Both the position numbers and the translations under genes were made by a program. The notes under the pieces were generated by a model that worked only from the letters and a program-made list of their open reading frames with translations, was not told the origin of the DNA and ran no database searches. 64,000 nucleotides of DNA from Sphyrna mokarran (Eukaryota): positions 62,744,001-62,808,000 of the forward strand of contig JAGIQG010000004.1 in the NCBI GenBank assembly GCA_024679065.1, given 5' to 3'. Positions within the stretch are counted from its first letter, which is position 1; each line of letters starts with the position of its first letter. Below are positions 40,561-52,600 of this stretch, piece by piece.

Positions 40561-43075
40561 TACATTACATCTATGTTCTACATTACATCTCTATTAATGT
40601 CTTGGGACCGAATGACAACGAGTAGAAAGGAGTTCTGTGTTTTGCAGATTCTGGTTTCCAACTGTACCAACTATACCACTTTGATTTTCTGAGTCAAATT
40701 CCTTAGTCAAGATTATATTCATTCCATAAGATCGCAAGACCTAGGACCAGAATGAGACCACTCGGCCCATCGAGTCTGCTCCGCCATTCAATCATAGTTG
40801 ATATTTTTCTCACCCCCCATTCTTATTCTCTCCTTTACTCCCCATGCTACCCCACATTCTCTCCCTTTTGGTCTATCCTTTCTAAATAATGAACAACCCT
40901 GAATGTTCAGTTTGTAAATTTCTGAACTGTCGCCACATTTCTGCTCTTGTGGCTTACCATGACAATTTAAATCTAGATGTGCTGTCTATTTCTTTCCATT
41001 TGGTGTAAGTTGGTTGTGCACTAAGAAACAAAGCCTCAACCTGGACTTTTAAACTTTGATAGTCGGCTTGAATTTATTTTGCACTACGACCCCATTTTCT
41101 ATACCCTTGTTTTAATCCCGCCTTATACTTTTAATTACTATATTTTTGCGTTTTGAAACTACTTATTGATCCTTCGTGTGCTTCCCAGCTTAGATTCCCA
41201 TCTTCCCGCCATTCTAGTTGGAATACCGCCCAACAGCACAAAGAGAATCCCCCATCCCCTTGTCAGCGGTGGACGTCTACAGTCTGTCAAATTGGACTGG
41301 TGGAAACTTCCGCAGAACTTCGCACAGGTCCCAGGGATCTGAAACCCTCTCTCCTGTACTAATTCCTCAGTTACGGATTCATCTGGTATTTGCCTTTCTA
41401 GCTAGCGCTTCGTATTGATAATAATGAATAGTTTATTTTGTCATTACTACTTAAATGGTTTAATGTGTGGGTTGAGACTTAGCAACATATTTAACAGTGA
41501 ATTAATTGAAACTCAGGACATTACGAACATCACAGCCAGAATGAGTTCCTTTGAGGATCGAACATGTAAACTCAAAACCTAACTGTATCAACAGGAAATT
41601 ATAAACTTAGTTATGTATGTGCTACATACTAGTTGGCTGAGGCAAATAAAACTTTATGTTCCAAGACGTCCTGGTCAAGGTCCCCCAAACTCTTTCGATT
41701 TCTTAATGATTGTTGCGGACTGCAGGTTTCTTAATTCTGCACTCTTCAATTGTGAACGAAATGATGAACTGTGTAACCGCGTGACAATGAAGATTGACCA
41801 AGGTTGAGAAAAATGTATGATCCATTGGAAAAACATCTACGCATGAATATGATATTTAACATGGATCTGTGAACAGCAAATCACGGCTGAAGGCCTGCTT
41901 CAGTTTTGCTGAAGGGCCATGTCAATGCTTTTAGCTTACACTCGTCAGGCACTCTCCAGAATATCTAATACAAAGCGAATAGAAGTTCGCGCTTCACGCG
42001 ACGAGGGGACTGAATGGTTGCAAACAGAAAGTGACAGGTAGTTGTTTTGTCAGTTGTTAACTAATGACGGACTGATAACCGCCAAGTTCGCTGCAGTGAA
42101 ATATGGCAAGTTGATTCTGAGTGGTCAATATGCTGCCCAAGTTACATTGCCCAAGTTAATCACTATCCTGTTCAGTTAAAACAATGGCAACGTAGCAATA
42201 TATGCTAATATTCCTTCTCTCTGCCAAGAACGGGGCTACGCTTATCAATGTATGCACCGTGTTGGACGCCTTTTTTTACACAAAGAAAACTCTATTCACG
42301 ATAATGAATTGAATATGCGCCCCAAGCTTCGTGCAATCAAGATTGTTAGGCAAACGTTTTCCGATCGCCGAATCAAATCTGACGTTTGTCCATGTGATTT
42401 GAGTTTTGCAGGAACGGACATTTTGTGCACTGTCAGTGTCTTGTATAATGCGAAGAGTGACATTTTATGTTGTTCGATATGATCCACAAGCCTTTGAGGC
42501 GTACGGTCTACATGTCCAAATTACTGAGACACAGATATTCAGCATTATTGTGACTCATTGTTTTCATAGGCCAAACGTATTTTTCGCTTGGCGCTTTGTT
42601 ACTTGTGAACATCAATTGCATTGCTACTGCAAAGGGATAACATGAAACAAGTAACTTTAAGTGTTTTTGCACTCTTCTCGGCATACTCGCCACTTTGTCT
42701 AAGACCAAAAGAGAGTGCCTGAAGTCCATTCATGCATTTGTTTGTGATAGGACTGCAGCGATCTAATGAAAAAAGGCCTTATTTTGCAGGATGGTTTATG
42801 CCCCTTATGTCAGAAAAGATTTGCTGTCGATTGTGTTTTTTTTTCCTGTTGTGTGCATAATCGCTCAGAATTTTCTTTCTCGCAATAATGGACGCCATAA
42901 TAGACGCCATAGCAAAATTGCAGCTTACGTGACTATTAGGGAAGAAATAGCATGAAGCTGTAATTGACAATGAAACGACATCATACGATTGACGATTTTT
43001 ATGCTTCCAATGAAAATTTAAACGAATTAAGTCACTGCCTTCCCACCTCACCCCTCACCATGTGCGCGCGTATAA

Positions 43076-43107
43076 ACACACACACACGCGCGCGCGCGCA
43101 CACACAC

Positions 43108-43142
<35 letters not shown>
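43076..43142. repeat. (CA)n/(CG)n compound microsatellite upstream of the receptor gene
   Basis: Uninterrupted purine-pyrimidine alternation including a (CG)6 run. Confidence 0.9.
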
Positions 43143-43147
<5 letters not shown>

Positions 43148-43624
43148 ACCATCAGAACCAACTGCGTGGGCATACACATTTCCTCCAGGGCTTGGCGTTG
43201 GCAAAACATCAGTTGGATATTCTGCGCGTATATACTTATTTCGTCAATATTTGTTTGATACATCCAATAAAGTTGCCATTATTCCTTAGACCATGACCAC
43301 ACTTCGAACTATTATGTTCAATTGAACAACAATGCGGAACAGCTGTCATTGTTATAATTCTTTGTATTAAATAATATTCGAGTCCGAAACATTGATGAAT
43401 GAGTTGGAAAGCTTTGAGCTAAATGAAACATACTTTATTTCGACTGGGACTTGGAAAAACGCAGCCAGGCGCTGTGACGCTAAGCGTGTCTCTCTTGATA
43501 TTTCCAATTCTGCTCTTCGATGTTATGTGTCATTTCCTCTGGTTCACGTCAGAGTAAACGATTATACCTCTATGCGATTCACCGTGCTGTTTGGCAGAGA
43601 AGACGTGGCTGCCTGTTCTCAAGT

Positions 43625-43679
43625 ATGTCTGTGCTCAATGTTGGAATTTTAATGCGGATCATAGCCATCTTTTGTACAG
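43625..43679 (+). CDS. Exon 1: signal peptide (MSVLNVGILMRIIAIFCT)
   Basis: ATG at 43625 (alternative in-frame ATG at 43652), hydrophobic stretch, phase-1 donor CAG|GT at 43679/43680, short intron with pyrimidine tract before the V exon. Confidence 0.75.
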
Positions 43680-46600
43680 GTTGTTTTATTTCTTCCTGTC
43701 TTGTTTAATGTCCATGTCTGTTTGTTATCTTGTTAAATGTACTGCTACTATGTGTCGTTCATACGATCATTATTCTGTTTTACGATAGCTGGCATTCGCG
43801 CTAATTTTCAAGTCTCTCAAGTTCCTGAAAACACAGACGCTGTCTTGGGTACAAACGTTACTCTCTATTGCACATTCCCTATTTTTCAAAATATATTAAA
43901 TGTGGAAGTTTACTGGTGGAAATTGGGTGAAATCGGATTTCTGCACACAAGTCCAGATAACAGGAAAACATTTCTCCGCTTTAAGCAAGGGGGTGCTTCA
44001 TTTCAGCTCCTGAATATCAGTGTCCGGGATGCTGGTGTGTATTACTGCGGTGTCAAAACTTTGGAAAACAGGACTGCAAATGGAACCGGCTCAACGATCA
44101 AAGTATCTGGTAGGTAACGTTCTGGCACGAGGAAAAGGAAAGCTCATGGATAATATGGTGTTGCCTTTATGTCTTAAATTCAAATTGGTTATATATTAGA
44201 ATAGACATATCCACGTCCATGTATTGTTCGTTTCCAGGCAGTAGTAACGAACGTCGTTGTGCCAAAATATGAACGTCGTTGTTCCAGATGTACAGTAGAA
44301 AAGTGGCATACCTATTTGACATGATTTATTAGTTCTTACATCAGCGCATCTATATTTCATTTAAAGTGCCCCGGAAACTGATCGAAAAATGTCCCTACTT
44401 AGGGGTTAAAATGAATGAGTTGCACTATCTGGATAAAAGCCATATCACGATTTCTTCTAAACCCCTCAATAAATATTTGAACTGTCTAACAAAGGTGTGA
44501 ACCAAATGCGAACCAAATATTTGGTGATGAATTTGTATGATTAATCGCTAATGATGAAGTCTGGACAAAACGTTTTTTTACAATTCTGTGGATTTTTTTT
44601 ATGTTAGGAATGCTTAGAGAAGATTTTCACAGTCCTTCTGTGTTATGAAATGATACCTTGCCAAAACTCATTTATGCAAGGAACTCAATTGACTATAACC
44701 AACAGTTGATGAGAACCTAAATTCTTTCAACTATAGCCTGTGGCCTGGAATAGGTATTATTTACACTATAGTTATGTTCCCATAGTACATTATATTATGA
44801 ATTAACAATCTTTGATCATTGCCTATTTCAATTTGCTCAACAAGATCCTTTTTTGAAAAGTCTTACCGAAAAAGAGAGAAACATGCAATAGACAATGGAG
44901 CCATTGGATCAATTATGCTTGTGTTGCATCTTTGTAAAGTGCATTTATTAGTCCTAGTTCCCTGCAGTTTCCCAATAACCCTCTAATCTATGTTCGAACA
45001 CTAACAAATATGTTGCGAAATGATTTCCATACAAGAATACAAATTTGTTGCAGTTACCTAACGCTCATGGAGATCATATTGGATAAAGAAAATGTAAGTT
45101 GTGCAATCAAGAGAAAACTAACCCGTATTATTATTCTTTGTTTTATTTCTACTCTTCGCAGTTCCACCAACTCCGCTGAAGATTTTTCCCAAAGTACGTG
45201 AAGTAGACCCTTCTTTCCTTGATCTTCTGTGCAAAACCAGTGAATTTTACCCAAATGTGCTCAATCTTAGTTGGTATGAAGACGGAATTGAGATCAGGAA
45301 CAGCACGGTGACAACGAAGTCATTGAACATAAATGGACTTTATGAAGTTTCAAGTACATTAAAGAGGACGCAACCTGTAAGAAGCACAACTGTTTACACC
45401 TGTCAGGTTTCTCACGTCACACTCCCTGTCCCAGCTAAAGTGGAATTTACTCTTCTGAGTCCCAAGCAAGGTAAGGACCGACATCCTTAACAACTCAATG
45501 AACTGGAGAGACACTATTGTGCATTTACATTGTAACTTCACATTGGTGGGGCACGCACTAATTTAAAATACATTTCAAACATGCAGCGTAGATTTGGAAT
45601 CATTTCATAACTGAAACGTGAGCGAATGCAAACTTCAACAATTTGGCAACGTTTTGTTGTTACTCGTCCAATCGCTAAGGAGCTTAAATAAGTTACTCTA
45701 AACACGTTTATAAAATTATGTTTTATAATTGAGTGCTTCAGAAATTGCAGCTGCACTCTCAAGGCAGAAATTGCACGTACGAAGAACAAGGAAAAAAGAA
45801 CAAAACAGTCCGAGAAACATGCCCTTCGGCCCAACGAGCCCGCACCGCCACCCCAATGCTCCCACCTCTACCCGCGATCCCTGTCCATGTTTATAGATCT
45901 ATGGATTAAAAACCAAATTTGAGACAATTTAGGGAGAATTTGTTTTGCCAATTAGCCTAAGAGCACATCTTTGGGATGTGGGAGGAAACCGGAGCACCCG
46001 GAGAAAACCCACGCAAGCACAGGGAGAATGCACAAACTCCTAAGAACCCCTGAAGAGGATTGATTTTTGACATTCTTTGCTTTTTTTTTGGCTGGTGGCA
46101 GCTGCTCACCAGGGTGCTGTTCCATTTGTGGTAGGAAATGGTGGAAGATATAAAATACAAGGACAGCTCCATGAATTCGCAATAAGAAGGGGGAGCTACT
46201 GGAGTGCATTCTGGAAAAGCTGATTTTCCTTCCCAAGAGGATCCTAAGACCAGTTATTTTTCTACTCCCTCTCCCCTCAGTTTAAACTCAGTTCATGTAA
46301 CCATTAGGGACCAACAATCCAATATTTATACTGTCCATTTCAAAAGTTTTTCCCTCAAGCAACTTATTCCACTACATTTTACTCTTCTTGTTGACTTATC
46401 TCTTCACAAAACAGCAGACAAAGAGCAGTATAACGTAGGAAAAAGCCCTTCTGCTCATCATATCTGTGCTGACACAGATTTCTCTCTCATTTAATGTTTC
46501 CTTGCCTCCATGTAGTCCATATTCCTCTATTCCCTGCCTATTCATGTATCTACAGTAAGAAGACTCTCAACACCAGGTTAAAGTCCAACGGGTTTATTTG

Positions 46601-49600
46601 GTAACAAAGGCCACTAGCTTTTGGAGCGCTACCCCTTCATCAGACTGTTCACAAACAGGGCATATAAAGACACAAATTCAATTTATAAAATAATGATTGG
46701 AATGTGAGTCTTTACACCTAATCAAGTCTTAAAGATACAGATGAAGTGAGGGGGGAGAGGGACAAGCACAGGTTAAACAGATGTGTATTGTTTCTAGATA
46801 GGACAGTTAGTGAGATTTTGCAAGTCATGGGAGTTATAGATAGTATGACACGAGTCCAAGATCATGTATCTATCCAGAAGCCTCTTGAATCTTGTTATAG
46901 AATTGGCTTCCACCTCCACCTCCGGCGGTGCGTTCCGGGCATTTACCACTCTTAGCGTGAAAAACTTGCCATTACATCACTTAAACTTTCCCCCTCTCAC
47001 CTTCAACCCATGCTCCTGACTAATTGACCCTTTGACTCTGGGGAAAAAAGACTGACTTTCCACTTTATCTAAGCCTGTCATAATCTTATAAATCTCTATC
47101 AAGTCTCTCCTCATCCTCTGATGCTCCAGCGAAAACAATCTAAGTTAGTTCAACTTTTTTCATTGTCCGTATCCTCCAAGCCAGCCAACATCCTGGTAAA
47201 TATCTTCACCGTTTCCAATGCATCAAATCGTACGTAACTTAATAAAGTAGTTTGTTTTCGAAAAAAAAGAAATAATCTGCTGAATTACCTGGGGTTCTCA
47301 ATCGTTTAATGGCAAAAATGCGAAACGGAACCTGATCATTGCAGTTGGATGATGTTATCTCCTTAGTTTCTTATGTAGTGTGTTTTGTTTGTAATTTATA
47401 CCATTTTACTTTCGAATTAATCTGAGTTATCTCAAACAAGTCCATTACTTTGAAGATTTGCTCACGTAACCTAACCACAGGCCTCTGTTACTATTGCAAC
47501 TACCGTATTTTTCTTTGGACGTTTCTCGAAAACCAAATTTAAACACCAGCACTTGAGTCAATTATTAGCTGCGGGCAATATTTTATAAAGTATGATTCCA
47601 AAAACATGAAAAATTAATAAATTTAAATAGCCATGGGTATAACGGTCTATTAATTAATAAAATGGTAATAACTCTACTAATTTCAGTTCCGAACTTCATA
47701 ATCAACCCTTCTTCACTGCGTTCCCTCGAATGCAATCGACGTATAATTAAGTAACAAACCCAAACATACTTCAGACTTTACCGCATCTCAATACTGTATT
47801 AAAACTCCCATGGATGCATAAAGTAATTATCTGGCCGTCAAAGTAAAAACATCAGTTTCCCTCCTCGTTCTTTCCTGCAAATCGACACAAATTAGTTTGT
47901 TTGTCAACACTTATTAGCATGTTTTTTTTTTGCTGCTTCACCATCATTCTGAGCAATGTCGATGGTTGAACATGTTCCCATATTATGGTGCACGTGCCCA
48001 TTTTAATACCCAGACACTAAATTGATTGATTCCATAGCGACTAATCTGCAACTACTTCCCCGACACCTCCCTCCCCCCGCTTCCTTCCACCCCCCCCCCC
48101 CCCCCAAGAAAAAAAAAACAAAAATCCCACCTGGTGCTAAAAAAAGCTTGAAAATCTTACACTTGCACACTGAATACAAGCTATTGATTTATTTTATGAA
48201 CAACACAGGCATAAAAATCGACATCTGTGGCAATCAGAAGAGTAGAGCGGTCTTACTGAAAGGAATTGTTTGCAAATGTATTAAAGCTACCACTTTGCGT
48301 TGTTCGACAACTCAATGAGCTGGAGATACCTTAGAAAAAATGCTCTAATTGATTTGTCACATGAGGCTTTCCCTGCATAACACACTATTCAACCTCCCCA
48401 ATCGAGTTGTCAGGAATAATTTCTTTCACTTTCATAACGATACTTCGTTACTGTGAAGCTAATTGAAAATTTGTTCCACATTTTCATCATTCTTCCTTTA
48501 TTGTAGAGTACTGTTATGTCGGCCAATTTCCAATGCAGGAGAGCACTTCCGGAAAATAAATTTTCTTCAAATATAATGGTCTTGTTTTGAGCGTATGCAG
48601 GCATAAGTATAAAACAAAGCAATTTCTCAGAGATAATTTTCTTTAACTGTAATAGTCTTGTTTTGAACATATCCACGCACATGTAAAAAACAAATCTTGT
48701 CATATGATCACAACTCTTCTCCATTAGTTCACATAAATAAGGCTCTGACCTGAATTTCATTATTACCCCATGAGCAATCGAGCAACGTTTGCTTCGAAAA
48801 TCGCATCCCAACATATTTTGGAACTGTTCACTGAATGCATTTCATGAGCGCGGTTTGAAATCTATATTTTCTGATTGGGATTTCTGAACCAATTCATAAA
48901 TAAAAATCGTCCAAGAACATTATCTTTGTTATAAGTGCTTCTAAATGTGCGATATTTATCCCCCGAACCATTAAATTTGAGGTGAGCGGAATTTTAAAAC
49001 ACTTCTAACGGTGTATTCTGGCGCTTGTTTATCTCTTGAATTTATAATCATTCATATTGCTATTATAAATAAACCTTCATTGCCTGGAAAAACGAACATT
49101 ACTTCTTTCAAAAAAAATCTATTACCCAGAAATATTTAGTTTCCAAGTGCTCCGCTCTCAGTTACCACTGCTAGGTGAAACAATTATTATCTTACTTTTA
49201 GTATCACTAGTCGGTTTACATTAACACTGTAATGAAGTTACTGTGAAAATCCCCTGGCCATCACATTCCGGCTCCTGCTGAGGGAGAATTTAGCCTGGCC
49301 AACACACTTAACAGACACGTCTTTCGGACTGTTGGAGGAAAATGGGGAACGCAAAATAAATCCACACAGACATGGGGACAACTTGCAATAACTGTTCAAA
49401 GTTGGGAATTAAACACGGGTCCCTGGTGCTGTGAAGCAGGAGTCCTAACCACTATGCCACCGCACCGGAACGAACTGGCCATTACGTTATCTATCACTTC
49501 GGAACATTTGCTGATTCATCTTTGTTTTCTGACATGGAACCTGTCGTCATTAATTGAGCGACATTCAGAATTCTCCTGCCATTATTTAGAAACACTGCAG

Positions 49601-52600
49601 TGCAAAAAAGACCATTCGGCCCATGGAGTCCACACCAGCGCTTTGACCAATTATCTCACTCAGGCGCTCGCCACTGCACTATCCATGTAATCCATACAGT
49701 TTTCTGGCTATCTAATACCTAAAAAGCTACCTAATACCTAAAAAGTCATCTAACCTGCATACCTTCGGACTGTGAGAGGAAACCCATGGAGATTTGAGGA
49801 GAATGTGTAAACGCCACACAGTCACCTAAGATCGAAATTGAATCCAGATCCCTCCACTAGTTAGCAGCTGTGTTAACGATTGTACCATTGTGCCACTGTG
49901 TCACACGGCTTTACCTGTACTACTTCAGTCATAATATAGATAGGACATTACTTACTTAATGTGGTTTCTGTCATTATTTTCCGTTGTAAATCAGGTCCTG
50001 AGTTCCCGTTCAACAATCAAGTTATTTATATGAGTACTGCAGTTGTATTTATAATTCTAGTGGTGATCGCCATCACCGGGAGCTACTGTCACCAAAATAA
50101 AAACGGTAAAGAAGGTTTTTATTTCAAAGTAACCTAAAGATCGTCAAATGCATGAAATCGAATAATTTGAGTAAAAGCTAAAAAACCTATGACATCCAAT
50201 TTGTAAAATGCAGTTACATTCATTCGTTAAGTCTAGCGCCACGGGGAATTCGTAAAGTATTCTCTATGTTTTGATCCGTGGTAACCTAATTTAATTATAT
50301 TTGCTTCACTTTGAGATGCAGTTTAAACAAAATAGTTACCTGGAACAATAAAATTCAGGCACTATGAAACAATTAATGTTCTTGTCTGAGTTCTGAACTG
50401 CCTCTGTAGTTTTGATGCCATTATGAACACCAAACGGAAGGTACGGCAACACAATGGTTAGCATTGCTATTTCACAGTGCCAGGGACCTGGGTGCGATTC
50501 CTGGTTTGGATCGCTATCTGTGTGAAGTTTGCGCGTTCTCCCAGTGTCTGCATTGAGTTTTTCCTGAGTGATCTGGTTCCCTCCCATATTCTGGAAGGTG
50601 AGTTGGTTAGGCGCATTGACCCGAACAGGCGCCGGACGGTGGTGACTGGGGGAATTTTGCAGTAACTTCATTGCAGCGTTAATATCAGCCTTGCGTGTGA
50701 CTAATGAACGCAGTTTACATTATCATTTAATTAGTATTTGATATATAATTCAAAAAAAAACGTCGTTGATACCATTGTTTTAGTTGTTTAGAATCATAGA
50801 ACACTACACTGCAGAAAGAGCCCCTTCCACACATCGAGTCTGCACGGACCACAATCCCACCCAGGCCTACCGCCATATCCCCGCTAATTCCTCTGACCTA
50901 CACATCCCTGGACAATAAGGGACAATTTCTAAGCGTGGCCAATCAATCTAACCCACACATCTTAGGAATGTGGGAGGAAACCGGAGTCCCCAGAGGAAAT
51001 CCACGCAGACATGAAGAGAATGTGCAAACTCCACACAGAAAGTGACCCGAGTCAGGAATTGAACCGAGGACCCTGGAGCTGTGAAGCACCAGTGCTAACA
51101 ATTGTGCTACCGTGTCGCCCCGAATTGGAGATTATTGGAGTAGGATTGCGTTTAAATAATATTTTCATATAAATGCCCACATTTTTATTGGAATCAACCA
51201 GATTGTCCTTCTTTAGAATTTTGCTGATCAATTGAAATTCATGGCAGAATAATAATTTAATTCCTTATCAGGAGGGTGCCGATATGTCGATACTTCAGAA
51301 CTTCGTGAACAGCAGGTAATTTCATATTATTGTTGCTCATGCATGTTAAATAAATTAAGAAATGATACGGCATTGAATCATTGCAATTAAACTCCACGTT
51401 GATCAATTGAATTTTGCATTTCTTTTGCTACTTAGAAACGTTCACAAATATACGTAAGCCTTGTTGAGAAAAGGTCTGCACAGTGGTACAAATGTTAGCT
51501 CTGCTGCTTCATCGCCAAGGCCTCGGGTTTCATACTTGGTTTGTGTCACTCTCTGCGCAGAGTCTGAATTTTCCTCGCGTCTGAGTGGGTCTGAGAAAAC
51601 CCACGCAAGTCACAAAATGTCAAAATTGGACATCAACGTTTCAACTTTCCATTTAGTTTTCATATAATTTGGAAACCAATTTAAAAACGTATTTTATCTG
51701 TTCATCTGTTTATAGGCAGAGCAGAGGATGAACTGATATTAAAATACATTGAGTTCGAAGAGCTCCGCTATCTTCGAATCAAAGACTCTCTACAGTATAG
51801 AAAGAGGTCATTCGCCAAATCAATCCTCGTACGACCATAATCCCACCCAGACGTTATCCCTCTAATCCCACATAATTATCCCTCTAATCTCCCTAATACT
51901 GAGGGGCAATTTAACATAGCGAATCCAGATAAACTGCGCATTTTTGGAATGTGCAAGGAAACCGAAACAATCTGAAGAAACTGACAGACAACGGAAAAAC
52001 GTGGAAACTCTACATAGACAGTCTCTCGCGTCTAATTATAAATAGGAGAGTTAATCTGCTAGAGGAATGGGCAGCGTTTGCCAAAGCACGATGATAAAAA
52101 TAACATAAAGGTGCGTCAAAAGTCTATCCTTTACGCTGGTCCATTCAGTGCGGTGCTTCTACAAAACTTTATATCAGCTATCTTATTCTTTCTTTTCGGG
52201 AAATTATTCAATTTCATAATTATGCATAAAGTGACAGAAAAATTCGAAAATGTTCCAATTAACAGAATCAGACTGCTGGATTATATCAGGTAACAGCTGA
52301 CCAAAGTAATTGATACTTTTCCAGAAATTGCTGAATGAGTTTAAAGAGGAATGCGATGGCTGGTAATTATATGGACTATCAAAACGCGTCTGATGCAAAA
52401 GGCATTAGCGACAATTGAATTAAAGTTAAATTTAATTACTTAATTCCTACAATGTTGAAGGAGGCCTTCCACCTATCAAGTCTACACGAAAATCCGAACA
52501 GAAGAAATTGTACAGTCGTTCACATCTACTGCGACAAACCACCTAATCTACATATCTTGAGACACTCAGGGACAATTTGACATGACCAATCTACATAACA

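Noticed and set aside
44110-45161. RSS or separate J segments after the V exon
   Set aside because: No CACAGTG heptamer next to the V, and the G strand is already encoded in the exon, so this is not a rearranging locus.
48410-48814. 134-aa minus ORF inside intron 3
   Set aside because: No motifs, AT-rich, non-ATG start; likely chance.
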